From IMG/VR virus record IMGVR_UViG_3300037067_004081: a DNA stretch of 20,000 bases; one strand, given 5' to 3'. This DNA is from an uncultured virus (IMG/VR IMGVR_UViG_3300037067_004081) (taxonomy: Duplodnaviria > Heunggongvirae > Uroviricota > Caudoviricetes). Made by a program: the position numbers and the translations under genes. Shown here in pieces: positions 1 through 8,933 of this stretch. Under the pieces are notes generated by a model. That model saw only the letters and a list, made by a program, of their open reading frames with translations, was not told the DNA's origin and did no database searches. The first letter of the stretch is position 1. Each line of letters begins with the position of its first letter.

Positions 1-21
1 CGATATTTCAGGAGACATAAA

Positions 22-3000
22 ATGGCCTATGATTTTACAAATGATGCTCGCTGTGTTTCTCTTTATAGATTTGAATCTGGTGCTTTAACAACAGATTCAA
101 AAGGGACAAACACACTCACAGCAACAGGCACTCCTGGCACAAGCACTGCAGATAAAAAGGAAGGTGGAGCTTGTGTCGATCTTGAGTGTGATAGCAATCA
201 GATGTTCTCAAGAACTGATGCAAATCTTTCAGCAGACTTTCCATTAAAAAGTGGCACCACAAACAAAACAATTACAGTGTGTTGCTGGTTCAAGGAAGAG
301 TCACAGAATGGTGCCTCTGCAAGGGATCTTGTAACCAGATATGATACTGGTGGCAACAAACGGACATATGGTCTTCATGTTGTGGGTGCAAATGTTCAGC
401 TATTCATAGGGCAAGGAGCAACAACTGATACAAATTTGCTTTTTACAGGTCTTTCCACAGGAGTTTGGTATTGGCTTTGTGTTCAGTATCGGGATTCTGA
501 CAAATACATCTATGCCAGACTCTGGGATGACACAGCAAAAACAATGAAAGAAATCTGGCGGACTGGGGCCAATAATATAGTTCTATCTGATACTCCATTT
601 GGAATTGGCGGAAGTTATACCAGCGGATCAATGAACACAAGTACAGGTTTTGATGGGTTGATTGATCAGGTGGCAATATTCAAGGATTTGATCTCTGGTG
701 AAGATATGAATCAGATCCTTGCAGATGGTTACTCTGGTGCCCCAGCTTATATCAACTATGTCGGTTATGAGGCTGCTGTTCCGACATATGCAGAACAGGC
801 TACAATTATTCAGGCAATCTGCACAAGAAATGGATGGTCATATACAAACTTTGGTAATTCTGCCAAGGATAACCCAATTGTTGGGGTGATCATATCTCCT
901 GCAGGATATGAAAAGACAGTTGTTGTTGGTGGATCCATTCATGGTCTGGAGAAGGTGGGCTGTCAAGGATTGATTGCATTTTTGCATTACTTGGAAATGA
1001 ATCCATCAAGAATCAACAACAAAGTCAGATATGTGATTGTCCCCATCCAGAATCCTGATGGCTATATCAATGGCACAAGAAAGAATGACAATGATACTCA
1101 TGATGACAGCTTAGAGCCATGGCCCAGATCAGTTGATATCAGCAGGAACTTCCCTACAGGTTTTGGAGCAGGTGATCCTGATGATGCCAATTCAGCCAGC
1201 GAGTATTACCATGGGCCTTCTGCTTTATCAGAGCCAGAGACTGTAAGGCTTGCTGCCATCTTTGCAGATTATGATCCAAGCTTCTATGTTGATGTTCACG
1301 GGCAAAGCAATTATGTTGACTACTCCATTCCAGACTCAACAGCAAGAGAGACTGCAACAAATGCAGCACTCACAGCTGGCGGATTTGATGCCTGGGCTTG
1401 GCAACTTGGATGGATTGGTGGAGAAGCCTATAATGAAGCTTATGCAATATATGATATTGAATCTTATCTTGTGGAACTTGCAACCTATACAGATATAGGC
1501 CATGAAGATGCCAACAGACTCATATGCTGGCTTCAGACCATTATTGGTTTGGTGGCAGATGGAACAACCGGCAGCATTGGTGGCCCATATAGAGTTCCTG
1601 TTACCATTCCAGCAGCAAGTGTTTCAGCTTCGCTGAATTCATTTCCTGTCTATATTGATTTATCAACTCTGCCCTCTGAATTTTGGACAAATCTTCACGA
1701 TGACTGTGGTGCAGATTTGCACGTTCAGAATAATGATGGTGATGAAATACCTTTTGATCTTGTTTATATCTCAAAGGTGTCACAAAAGGGTACGCTGTTT
1801 GTTAAGACAAATTTGAGCAGCTCATCATCTACCATTGTTTGGATATGTTTTGGGTCATCAGTCTATACAAGAGTTGCCCCAACTGCAACGAATGGACGCA
1901 ATGCTGTCTGGTCAGATTACCATCGCGTGTTTATGTTTGGGGATTCTCTGACTGACAGAACTGGTTCAGGAGAAACCTTGAATTTCCCTGCCAGCATCAA
2001 TTATCAATTCAAGGCAACAGCTATCTCAGGAGACATTGGCTGTCATCAAGGTCTTGTCTTTGATGGGACACACTACTATTGCATTGATACAAATAAGATA
2101 AGAAAGTATGATCTCAGCTGGAACCTAGTGACTGCAAACACATCTCCATTCACAGGCATAACTGGGCATACAGTTAATCACATAAGTGATGGCTGTATAT
2201 ATGATGGCCAGCTTATTGCCTTCCTGAGTGATTGGCCAGCAAATACAGATTATCCTGTTATTGGGAAATACAATTTGTCTGATCTCAGTCTTGAGTCATG
2301 GTTTGATTATGGGACAAATGCTGTTGATGGCGCTGGTATGTGCTATGTTCCTGAGTGGGATAAATTTGTCACCGTAGGGTACAGTGCTGTTGGAGAGCAC
2401 TTATATGTCCTCAATAACGATGCCACCATGAGCTTGAATGGCTATATTGATCTTGAGACTCCTTTGCCATGGTGTCAAGGAATTGAGTATTGGCGTGGAG
2501 CCTTTTGGATCAATCAAGACAAAACAAGTGAAGCAGAAACAACTCACAACACCACCTATAGAGTAGAATTGGATGGGACAGGAATCACCCCAATGGCTCA
2601 GGTTACAAATTTTGATTTTCATGAAGGCATCTGTGGCTATGGTGATCATCTTTATATTACAAGCTCAACAGGGAATGGAAATGGAACCATATTCAGATAT
2701 GACCTGCCTACACAGATGGGTGCCTCTGAAGGAATAAAATTTGAAGACTCTGCACCTGATCACAGAGCCTATATTCCATCCAGCCGATTTACCCAATGGA
2801 CTATTGGTGTTGGTCAGAGCGTCTGCTGGCGGCAATCATATAATCAGAATATTGTCGGATATGGAAAGGTTTCAGAAGTTGATAACAATAAAAGAGAGTC
2901 TATCCAGTGGACGATGGATGTTGATAAATATCAATTGTACAACGGAGTTGATGGATCAATCCAGATTGATCCTCTGACAGCAATCACAGCTTATTTCAAG

Positions 3001-4572
3001 GATAACTTTTCTAGTCAGACTGTTGGGAGTGCTCCAACAGGATGGACTGAGCGCTGGAACGCTGCTTCAGGTGCCATAACCACTCGCAAAGATGGTGTGT
3101 TTGGTATGAATACCATTGAGCAAGTGACAACAGATGTATACCGATATGCAGCCTCCATAGATGCTCTTGGGACAGCAAATGCTGATTGTGAAATTCTTGC
3201 ATTATGCAGGCCAGATACAAATGATAATCACTATGTCCGTCTCTATGTAAGAGGTGCTGGGGCAGCAGGAGCAGAGAGTTGTTATTTTGCATACATTCAG
3301 CTTTCTGGTGATGCAATAGGGATTCATAAATATACAGCACCAACATCGACTGCTGTTGGTAGTACTGCGAAGACAATAAATACTGGTACTTGGTACTACA
3401 TGCGCTTTCGTGTTGTCGGAACATCACTCAAATTAAAGGTTTGGGCAAAGGGAACTGATGAACCGGCTGCATGGGATTTGGAATTCACTGACTCTAGTGT
3501 TACAGCAGCAGGATGGATTGGCATTGGTTCTGCCAATACTGGTTGTGAAGTGAACTATGATTATATCGGAATAAATGTTGGTTCATCAGCAGCAACTGTC
3601 CCACTGCCTGTGAGTGATGTGGTTGCAACTACTACAGGGAATTATGTTGAAAAATTCAAAAGACTTCATGCTGTTCATAATGGAGCAATAGAACGGATAT
3701 TTTATTTTGATGGGGTGGCTCATACTGATGCCATCTGTTCAGTCCAGCCTGATGCTACAGCAGATGCATTATTTCTTGGATTCAATGATGCCGATCTCAA
3801 CAATGGAACCTATGGATACCTTGATTTTCTTTATTTGAGAAATTCAATTCTGACTGCAGCCTGGATTACAGCAGAACTTCTCAACCTAAAAACACCAGCA
3901 TCATTTTATACAGTAGGTGCAGTTGAATCTGATGGTGGATTGCCAACAGAGGTGCGGCAGGCAAGAATCGATATCAGCGGCAATGCTCGTAATCTTTCTG
4001 ATACAGGAACAGTTTCGACTGGTGATGTCTTAGGGAAGATTGGCAATGGTGCATATTTTAGCGGATCAGGACAGCAGCTGCTAACAAGAACAACTGCACC
4101 AGACTTAACAGGTGATGCCAATTTCACAGTTGCATTCAGAGTGAAGCCTCATCGCATATCAAATCCTGCCGCTGATGATTACTGGCATTTCAAGATAGGG
4201 ACAGAATTTGAAATAAGAGTTGGCTTCAAAAATGGTCAGACTGATGCCTATGTGATCGCAACCTCACCCAGCCTAACAGCTGATGCAGGTAATGTGATTT
4301 GGGCTGATGCCTGGACAACTATCATTGTCTTTTTCAATGGATCAGGTTTATATGTCGAGATTGATAATGAAAGTGCAGCGAATGATGATGGAGCCAGCAC
4401 AGGCTTTACCACTCCGGCTACAAGCATTGAGATGGGAATATCTGCAGCTGTTGATATGACAGTTGTGATTGATGAAGTGGGCATATGGGTTGGTGCAAAT
4501 GCGCTGAGTCCATCTGAGCGGGCAACTTACTGCAATGGCAACTATGGGCAGAGGGCATCTTTTGCAACATAG
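22..4572 (+). CDS. Large modular virion/tail-associated protein: LamG/ConA-like domains, M14 zinc carboxypeptidase domain, DUF2341-like domain, probable beta-propeller
   Basis: 1516-aa ORF with AGGAG RBS at 10-14. The N-terminus has LamG-like motifs (LYRFE...DSKGTNTL, FDGLIDQVAIF) and the C-terminus has VVIDEVGIW...ALSPSE. M14 motifs: HGLE (HxxE), NPDG, RKN, DISRN, SEPET, DVHG, LVE. YRVPVTI..FPVYIDL..DGDEIPF resembles DUF2341. The gene lies directly before the lysis genes. Confidence 0.8.
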   Translation: MAYDFTNDARCVSLYRFESGALTTDSKGTNTLTATGTPGTSTADKKEGGACVDLECDSNQMFSRTDANLSADFPLKSGTTNKTITVCCWFKEESQNGASARDLVTRYDTGGNKRTYGLHVVGANVQLFIGQGATTDTNLLFTGLSTGVWYWLCVQYRDSDKYIYARLWDDTAKTMKEIWRTGANNIVLSDTPFGIGGSYTSGSMNTSTGFDGLIDQVAIFKDLISGEDMNQILADGYSGAPAYINYVGYEAAVPTYAEQATIIQAICTRNGWSYTNFGNSAKDNPIVGVIISPAGYEKTVVVGGSIHGLEKVGCQGLIAFLHYLEMNPSRINNKVRYVIVPIQNPDGYINGTRKNDNDTHDDSLEPWPRSVDISRNFPTGFGAGDPDDANSASEYYHGPSALSEPETVRLAAIFADYDPSFYVDVHGQSNYVDYSIPDSTARETATNAALTAGGFDAWAWQLGWIGGEAYNEAYAIYDIESYLVELATYTDIGHEDANRLICWLQTIIGLVADGTTGSIGGPYRVPVTIPAASVSASLNSFPVYIDLSTLPSEFWTNLHDDCGADLHVQNNDGDEIPFDLVYISKVSQKGTLFVKTNLSSSSSTIVWICFGSSVYTRVAPTATNGRNAVWSDYHRVFMFGDSLTDRTGSGETLNFPASINYQFKATAISGDIGCHQGLVFDGTHYYCIDTNKIRKYDLSWNLVTANTSPFTGITGHTVNHISDGCIYDGQLIAFLSDWPANTDYPVIGKYNLSDLSLESWFDYGTNAVDGAGMCYVPEWDKFVTVGYSAVGEHLYVLNNDATMSLNGYIDLETPLPWCQGIEYWRGAFWINQDKTSEAETTHNTTYRVELDGTGITPMAQVTNFDFHEGICGYGDHLYITSSTGNGNGTIFRYDLPTQMGASEGIKFEDSAPDHRAYIPSSRFTQWTIGVGQSVCWRQSYNQNIVGYGKVSEVDNNKRESIQWTMDVDKYQLYNGVDGSIQIDPLTAITAYFKDNFSSQTVGSAPTGWTERWNAASGAITTRKDGVFGMNTIEQVTTDVYRYAASIDALGTANADCEILALCRPDTNDNHYVRLYVRGAGAAGAESCYFAYIQLSGDAIGIHKYTAPTSTAVGSTAKTINTGTWYYMRFRVVGTSLKLKVWAKGTDEPAAWDLEFTDSSVTAAGWIGIGSANTGCEVNYDYIGINVGSSAATVPLPVSDVVATTTGNYVEKFKRLHAVHNGAIERIFYFDGVAHTDAICSVQPDATADALFLGFNDADLNNGTYGYLDFLYLRNSILTAAWITAELLNLKTPASFYTVGAVESDGGLPTEVRQARIDISGNARNLSDTGTVSTGDVLGKIGNGAYFSGSGQQLLTRTTAPDLTGDANFTVAFRVKPHRISNPAADDYWHFKIGTEFEIRVGFKNGQTDAYVIATSPSLTADAGNVIWADAWTTIIVFFNGSGLYVEIDNESAANDDGASTGFTTPATSIEMGISAAVDMTVVIDEVGIWVGANALSPSERATYCNGNYGQRASFAT

Positions 4573-4590
4573 CGGCGAAAGGTTACTGTC

Positions 4591-5076
4591 ATGGATGATA
4601 ATGAAAAAGCTGCTATCAATCTCCATAAGGAATTGATTGAGACTCTTTATCAATTGAAAGCAGGTCAATCAATTCTTGCAGAGGGACAGGCAGGAATAAA
4701 TAACACCCTGAAAGAAGTGAATACATCAATTGATAAATTATTCAGACGGTCAGATGCTCATACTGATCAGATAAAGGATAACACCCAAGCGATGAAGATC
4801 CACATTCTTGAGTGTCCCCAAAAGGAAAAGATTGAAGAGATGAATATGAAACTGATCTCTGGCAATTATCCTGCACCGGCGGCATTAAAGGAACAGGTGA
4901 CAAAACTTGAGGTGCTTCTGACCAAGGTTCAAACTGAAAGAGAGACTGAGGCAAAGAAGCACAACAAGTGGATAGACATCTTGCTCATCCCAGTGGTCAA
5001 GTGGGCATCACTGGGGCTTGTGGCCTATATCGTTTTGGTATTGATTTCACATCTAAAGGAGATGCCAATCAAATGA
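4591..5076 (+). CDS. Coiled-coil protein with C-terminal transmembrane anchor, lysis-region hypothetical
   Basis: 161 aa with a helical, charged body and a hydrophobic C-terminus (ILLIPVVKWASLGLVAYIVLVLI). Its stop overlaps the next ATG (ATGA at 5073-5076). Confidence 0.7.
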   Translation: MDDNEKAAINLHKELIETLYQLKAGQSILAEGQAGINNTLKEVNTSIDKLFRRSDAHTDQIKDNTQAMKIHILECPQKEKIEEMNMKLISGNYPAPAALKEQVTKLEVLLTKVQTERETEAKKHNKWIDILLIPVVKWASLGLVAYIVLVLISHLKEMPIK

Positions 5077-5534
5077 TACAAACATCAGCGTACAAAGTTG
5101 CAAAAACATTCCTGGGCACCAAAGAGCTTGCTGGCAATATCGACAATCCTCTGGTGCTCTATATGCTTCAGAAAATAGACAGATCAATCCAGCACGATGA
5201 AACGCCATGGTGCTCTGCCTTCGCAAACTTCATAGCAGGCATACTTGAATTGCCGCAATCCAAGGCTCTGAATGCTCGAAGCTGGCTGGCTGTTGGGCAA
5301 CCAGTGCTGCCAGAGAATGCGCAGGTTGATTGTGATGTCATAATAGTCAAGCAGGCAGTTGATGATCCTGGCCCACAGGTGACGGCATTCAGAGGCCATG
5401 TTGGCTTCTTTGGAGGATGGGTGGATGCAGGGCGCACCCGCGTGAACATCCTGGCAGGCAATCAGCATGATGGATCTGTTTGTGTCACAAGCTGGCCTGC
5501 AGCTTGGATACTTGGAATCAGACGGTTGGCATAA
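5073..5534 (+). CDS. TIGR02594-like (NlpC/P60/CHAP-related) cysteine peptidase, probable endolysin
   Basis: Motifs DETPWCSAF (catalytic Cys), ARSW, GHVGF (His) and LAGNQ. Start moved to ATG 5073, which has an ATGA overlap and AAGGAG upstream; 153 aa. Confidence 0.8.
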   Translation: MIQTSAYKVAKTFLGTKELAGNIDNPLVLYMLQKIDRSIQHDETPWCSAFANFIAGILELPQSKALNARSWLAVGQPVLPENAQVDCDVIIVKQAVDDPGPQVTAFRGHVGFFGGWVDAGRTRVNILAGNQHDGSVCVTSWPAAWILGIRRLA

Positions 5535-5556
5535 CAACAATACAAAGGAGTTTGAA

Positions 5557-5928
5557 ATGCTTATGAACAAACACGCAATATGGGCTGCTTATTTCATGGC
5601 AGCTTTGCTCACACTGATCGGCAAGCTGGTTCGATATGTTCAGGAAGGAAAGAGGAATGGCAAGACTACCAAACAGTGTCTCTGTGAATGGTTCTTTGAA
5701 TCCACCAGAGAGAATCTATTCTCATGGATAGCTACTGTGGGCATTGTTTGGGTGCTTGGTGTTCTGTACATCGAAAGGCTTGTTGATGCATCAGGAATTC
5801 TTGGAACTGTCTTCAGCACAATCCCTGTTCATGTATCAGGCGCTGTCCTTTTAGGGTATCTGGCAGAGACGCTGGCACCCAATTTTCTTAAATGGGCCAT
5901 CTCAAAATTCCCTTATCAGGCTGGATAG
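5557..5928 (+). CDS. Probable holin (about 3 transmembrane segments)
   Basis: AAGGAG RBS precedes ATG 5557, with a second in-frame ATG at 5563. 123 aa with three hydrophobic stretches, located between the endolysin and the spanin-like genes. Confidence 0.6.
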   Translation: MLMNKHAIWAAYFMAALLTLIGKLVRYVQEGKRNGKTTKQCLCEWFFESTRENLFSWIATVGIVWVLGVLYIERLVDASGILGTVFSTIPVHVSGAVLLGYLAETLAPNFLKWAISKFPYQAG

Positions 5929-6045
5929 CACCCCAGCAACCGGATTTCAGATGAAAGATCACCTCTTTTATACCTCTATAAACGCCCAGATACCACGTGG
6001 CATTTGGGCAGAGGCATCTTTTTAAGAGAAAGGACAGGCAAAGAC

Positions 6046-6498
6046 ATGGGATTTATCCTTGGGTTGTGGTCTAAAGCCACCCTACAATACCGAATTATTG
6101 CCATAGCTGTGCTCTTGGGTGCTCTTTTCCTTGGCTGGAGGTGGTATACAAATCGCATCTATGCGCAAGGCAAGGAAGCAGGCAGGGTGGAGATGAGCAA
6201 AGAGATGGTGAAGGCCAAAGAAAAAGAATGGGCCCAGAAGGATGCTGCCATTCAGGCAGATCGCACCAAGTTGGAAAAAGAGATTGATCAGAAGAGGATC
6301 ACATATGCTGCTCAATTTGCTGAGTTGGATAGACAGCGCACAGATACCAAAGTTGCTCTGAATAAATTTGCAAAGACATTGGACAACGAAAGGGAATTGA
6401 ACAATGCGCAAGTATACCGCATTCCTGCTGTTGAGCTTGATGGTGCCATCCGTGATTTGTCAAACAAGCTCGCCAGAGTCAACACCCCAACTAAATGA
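6046..6498 (+). CDS. Probable i-spanin (Rz-like)
   Basis: N-terminal TM (IIAIAVLLGALFLGW) followed by YAQGKEAG and a long coiled coil. The 3' end is overlapped by the next gene in another frame; 150 aa from ATG 6046. Confidence 0.6.
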   Translation: MGFILGLWSKATLQYRIIAIAVLLGALFLGWRWYTNRIYAQGKEAGRVEMSKEMVKAKEKEWAQKDAAIQADRTKLEKEIDQKRITYAAQFAELDRQRTDTKVALNKFAKTLDNERELNNAQVYRIPAVELDGAIRDLSNKLARVNTPTK

Positions 6499-6808
6499 GG
6501 GTGAGAAACGGCAAGTATTACTGCAGCTGATAGAATTGCAGACACTCCGGCAAAAGGTTCAGCTGTATGAAGAATTCTTCAGCAAGATGGATGAGCAGAA
6601 CAAAAGTGCTGTCTCCACATATCAGCAGGCCATAACAACAGAGAAGGAAATTGCTGATGTTACAATCAAGAGCAGAGATGCTGAGATTGTGATGCTGAAG
6701 GAAAAAGTTGATTTCTATAAGCAGCAATATGAACTCCTTGTCAAGAAAGGCCCAAGCTTCAAATGCATTATGAAGAAGATATTCACACTTGGTATTGGGC
6801 GGTGCTGA
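6404..6808 (+). CDS. Exported coiled-coil protein, possible o-spanin (Rz1-like)
   Basis: Overlaps the i-spanin-like gene by 95 nt. Signal peptide MRKYTAFLLLSLMVPSVIC has Cys19, but the lipobox is non-canonical. Confidence 0.5.
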   Translation: MRKYTAFLLLSLMVPSVICQTSSPESTPQLNEGEKRQVLLQLIELQTLRQKVQLYEEFFSKMDEQNKSAVSTYQQAITTEKEIADVTIKSRDAEIVMLKEKVDFYKQQYELLVKKGPSFKCIMKKIFTLGIGRC

Positions 6809-6809
6809 T

Positions 6810-7379
6810 ATGAGGATGCTGTTGATGGGCCTATTGATCATCTCATTCTGCAGCAGCGCTGTTGCTGGTGATGTTCATCTTGCCTGGGATGCCAGTATCA
6901 GTCCAGGTGTGACCAACTATCAGGTATATGTTGGAAGCTCATCAAGGTCATATGGAGTGCTAATAAAGATCGGTAACCAGTCAGCCTATACAGTATCAGG
7001 ATTGAAGCCTGGTACATATTTCTTTGCAGTGACCGCAATGGATGCTGCTGGAAATGAATCAGACTTCTCCAATGAAGTAAGCACCACCATTGCAGGCCCA
7101 GTTGAATTCAAGATCACCAGTCAGACTGCACAGATGAACTGGTATGGGGTGGTACTGCTGGCCACAACAAACACAAAGGCCACAGCAATTCTGCGCTATC
7201 AAAAGGTTGAACCCAATGCTGGGTGGACAACGATTGTTGCAAGCCAGACGCCAAGAACAGAACACAGAGCAATAATCTACATGGGGAAGTTCAAACCATC
7301 AGTCTATTGGCGATATGAATGGACCATCACAGATGACAAAGGGAACAAGGTGACTGGTGGCAGCACATTTCTGAGGTGA
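6810..7379 (+). CDS. Secreted fibronectin type III domain protein
   Basis: Signal peptide ending SSAVA. Fn3 pattern LAWD...Y.VY.G...YTVSGL.PGTYFFAVTA.D..GNES.FS, followed by a second beta-rich domain. Confidence 0.8.
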   Translation: MRMLLMGLLIISFCSSAVAGDVHLAWDASISPGVTNYQVYVGSSSRSYGVLIKIGNQSAYTVSGLKPGTYFFAVTAMDAAGNESDFSNEVSTTIAGPVEFKITSQTAQMNWYGVVLLATTNTKATAILRYQKVEPNAGWTTIVASQTPRTEHRAIIYMGKFKPSVYWRYEWTITDDKGNKVTGGSTFLR

Positions 7380-7849
7380 TGGATATGATCAAATGGGTGC
7401 TTATCTCTCTTGGAATAGCAGCGGCTGTATGGCTCATCATCAAAAAGGTGCTGGGCAAAGAAGAGGTTGGCAGTCTTGTATTTTATAGAATGGTGGATAA
7501 CAAAATAACAACAGAAAGGATTGAGCGTATGATTCTGAAAGACAATCAGCAAGGCCAGTTGGCTGTAATGGCTGTCTCCAAAAAGGGACACCCTGCACAG
7601 GTAGAAGGAACACCGGCATGGCTTTCTTCTGCTCCTGAAATTGCATCTGTCACCCCAGCAGCAGATGGGCTTTCGGCCACAGTAAAGGCAGAGGTCAATC
7701 TGGGCGATGCAGCAATCAATTGCTCTGCCCAGGTGATGGAGGATGGCAATTTGGTAGCAAAGAACAAGAGCATCACTGTATCGGTTGTTGCTGGAGATGC
7801 CAGCGACATCAGCATCATTGAAGGTGAAATCACAGATCAACCTGTCTAA
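7376..7849 (+). CDS. Membrane-anchored Ig-like domain protein
   Basis: N-terminal TM (WVLISLGIAAAVWLII) and an Ig-like pattern W.SS.PEIASV..A.DGLSATV.A...G.A.I. GTGA overlap with the upstream stop; the exact start is uncertain. Confidence 0.65.
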   Translation: MMDMIKWVLISLGIAAAVWLIIKKVLGKEEVGSLVFYRMVDNKITTERIERMILKDNQQGQLAVMAVSKKGHPAQVEGTPAWLSSAPEIASVTPAADGLSATVKAEVNLGDAAINCSAQVMEDGNLVAKNKSITVSVVAGDASDISIIEGEITDQPV

Positions 7850-7862
7850 CCATTATTGGAGG

Positions 7863-7934
7863 TGCAGCTTTGGTAGGCTTGTACAAAAGTAAGCCATTAA
7901 ACAGCAGAGCCTGATTCTGCTGGCCAAAGCTGCA
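7863..7934 (+). ncRNA. Candidate three-way-junction structured RNA or regulatory element at the end of the late module
   Basis: Perfect 11-bp closing stem TGCAGCTTTGG (7863-73)/CCAAAGCTGCA (7924-34) enclosing two hairpins, GGCTT..AAGCC (7876-95) and CAGCAGA/TCTGCTG (7902-22). Confidence 0.45.
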
Positions 7935-7941
7935 ACATTAT

Positions 7942-8106
7942 ATGACCTGCCCTGAAGCGCACAATTGCAAATTCATAGCTGAGTTGAAACTACTCCTGCG
8001 TGAAAGGGATAAAATAATCAGCAAGCTTGAGCAGTCAAATGACACAGCTTGGAAGAGAACAAGAATTGTTGAAAGCAAAATCAGAAGGATAAAAAGGAGA
8101 AGATGA
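7942..8106 (+). CDS. Small basic coiled-coil hypothetical protein (54 aa; not in ORF track)
   Basis: Manual translation gives MTCPEAHNCKFIAELKLLLRERDKIISKLEQ...IRRIKRRR*. The stop overlaps the next ATG (ATGA). No clear RBS. Confidence 0.45.
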   Translation: MTCPEAHNCKFIAELKLLLRERDKIISKLEQSNDTAWKRTRIVESKIRRIKRRR

Positions 8107-8360
8107 TGAGAGCTGTTTCACCAGTTTTGAAGGGTGTCCCTGAAGTTGTGATGGGAAAGGATCAACCACAATACATTCCGCTTCCTGCAATAAAATCAAG
8201 GTCAAAAGGAATCGTGACCACAAAATGGAAATTCAGCTGGAAAGAAAGGTTGATGGTTCTATTTGTCGGCAGTGTATACCTGCAGGTGTGGGTGTTCAAT
8301 AATAGATTGCAGCCGGTTAAGATGTTTGTAAACAAACCTGACCTAAAAGAAGTGGTATAA
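8103..8360 (+). CDS. Hypothetical phage protein
   Basis: 85 aa with AAGGAG RBS upstream (start 8103 or 8106). Protein-like sequence KDQPQYIPLPA...WKFSWKERL...LQP. Confidence 0.7.
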   Translation: MMRAVSPVLKGVPEVVMGKDQPQYIPLPAIKSRSKGIVTTKWKFSWKERLMVLFVGSVYLQVWVFNNRLQPVKMFVNKPDLKEVV

Positions 8361-8684
8361 TTTTTCATTTTACTTTTAAATTTTGGAGGGAATAATATAG
8401 CAGTACACACGAAATAGATTTCACTTTTATGGTGACAACTATTTCGATTTTACCAACTAGGGGGAAACCTCAAGGGGGGGTAGGGGGGGTTTAGGAAGAG
8501 GGATTTGCGAAGCAAAGATTCGAATCTTCACTTCGTGAAGTTAAAAACTCTAATCAATATGAAGAAACAAAAAAGTTGCAAAGTTGGAAAGTTGATAAGA
8601 GAATCAGAAGCCCACTTGCTATCGCAAGTGGTGGCCACCATAGGTGGCCATGGGAGTCTTAACAGCAGGCGCACTGGAGGTGAA
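8361..8684. other. Non-coding region, candidate replication origin or control region
   Basis: Contains an AT-rich tract (8361-8400), G-runs G5/G7/G7 (8460-8489), a 14-bp palindrome AAGATTCGAATCTT (8515-28), 3x AAAGTTG at 8-bp period (8572-94) and two abutting perfect 8-bp hairpins (8612-31, 8632-50). Lies immediately upstream of the replication genes. Confidence 0.4.
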
Positions 8685-8933
8685 ATGGCAGAGAGCACCA
8701 TAGAAAGAAATGAAAGGCGAATGTTGGTGCTATTCCTGCTGACACAATTTGCAGATAAAGGATATCCGGCAATTGATGTTGACAAGCAGGTTGCACTATC
8801 ATATCAATATGTCAATTCGATGTTGGCATATGAACAGCGAGAAAAAGAAAGGAGCATCCCAGCAACAGAGAAAACCACGGATGGTGAAGCAAACTTTGGT
8901 GGCGGCATCAACAGCTCATTCAAGAAGGTGTGA
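8685..8933 (+). CDS. Hypothetical protein (82 aa)
   Basis: Strong GGAGGTG RBS before ATG 8685 (MAESTIER...). GTGA overlap with the next gene. Confidence 0.7.
   Translation: MAESTIERNERRMLVLFLLTQFADKGYPAIDVDKQVALSYQYVNSMLAYEQREKERSIPATEKTTDGEANFGGGINSSFKKV

Noticed and set aside
5557..5565. Holin dual-start (Met-Leu-Met) antiholin motif
   Set aside because: It lacks the positively charged residue of the lambda S Met-Lys-Met motif, so the evidence is too weak.
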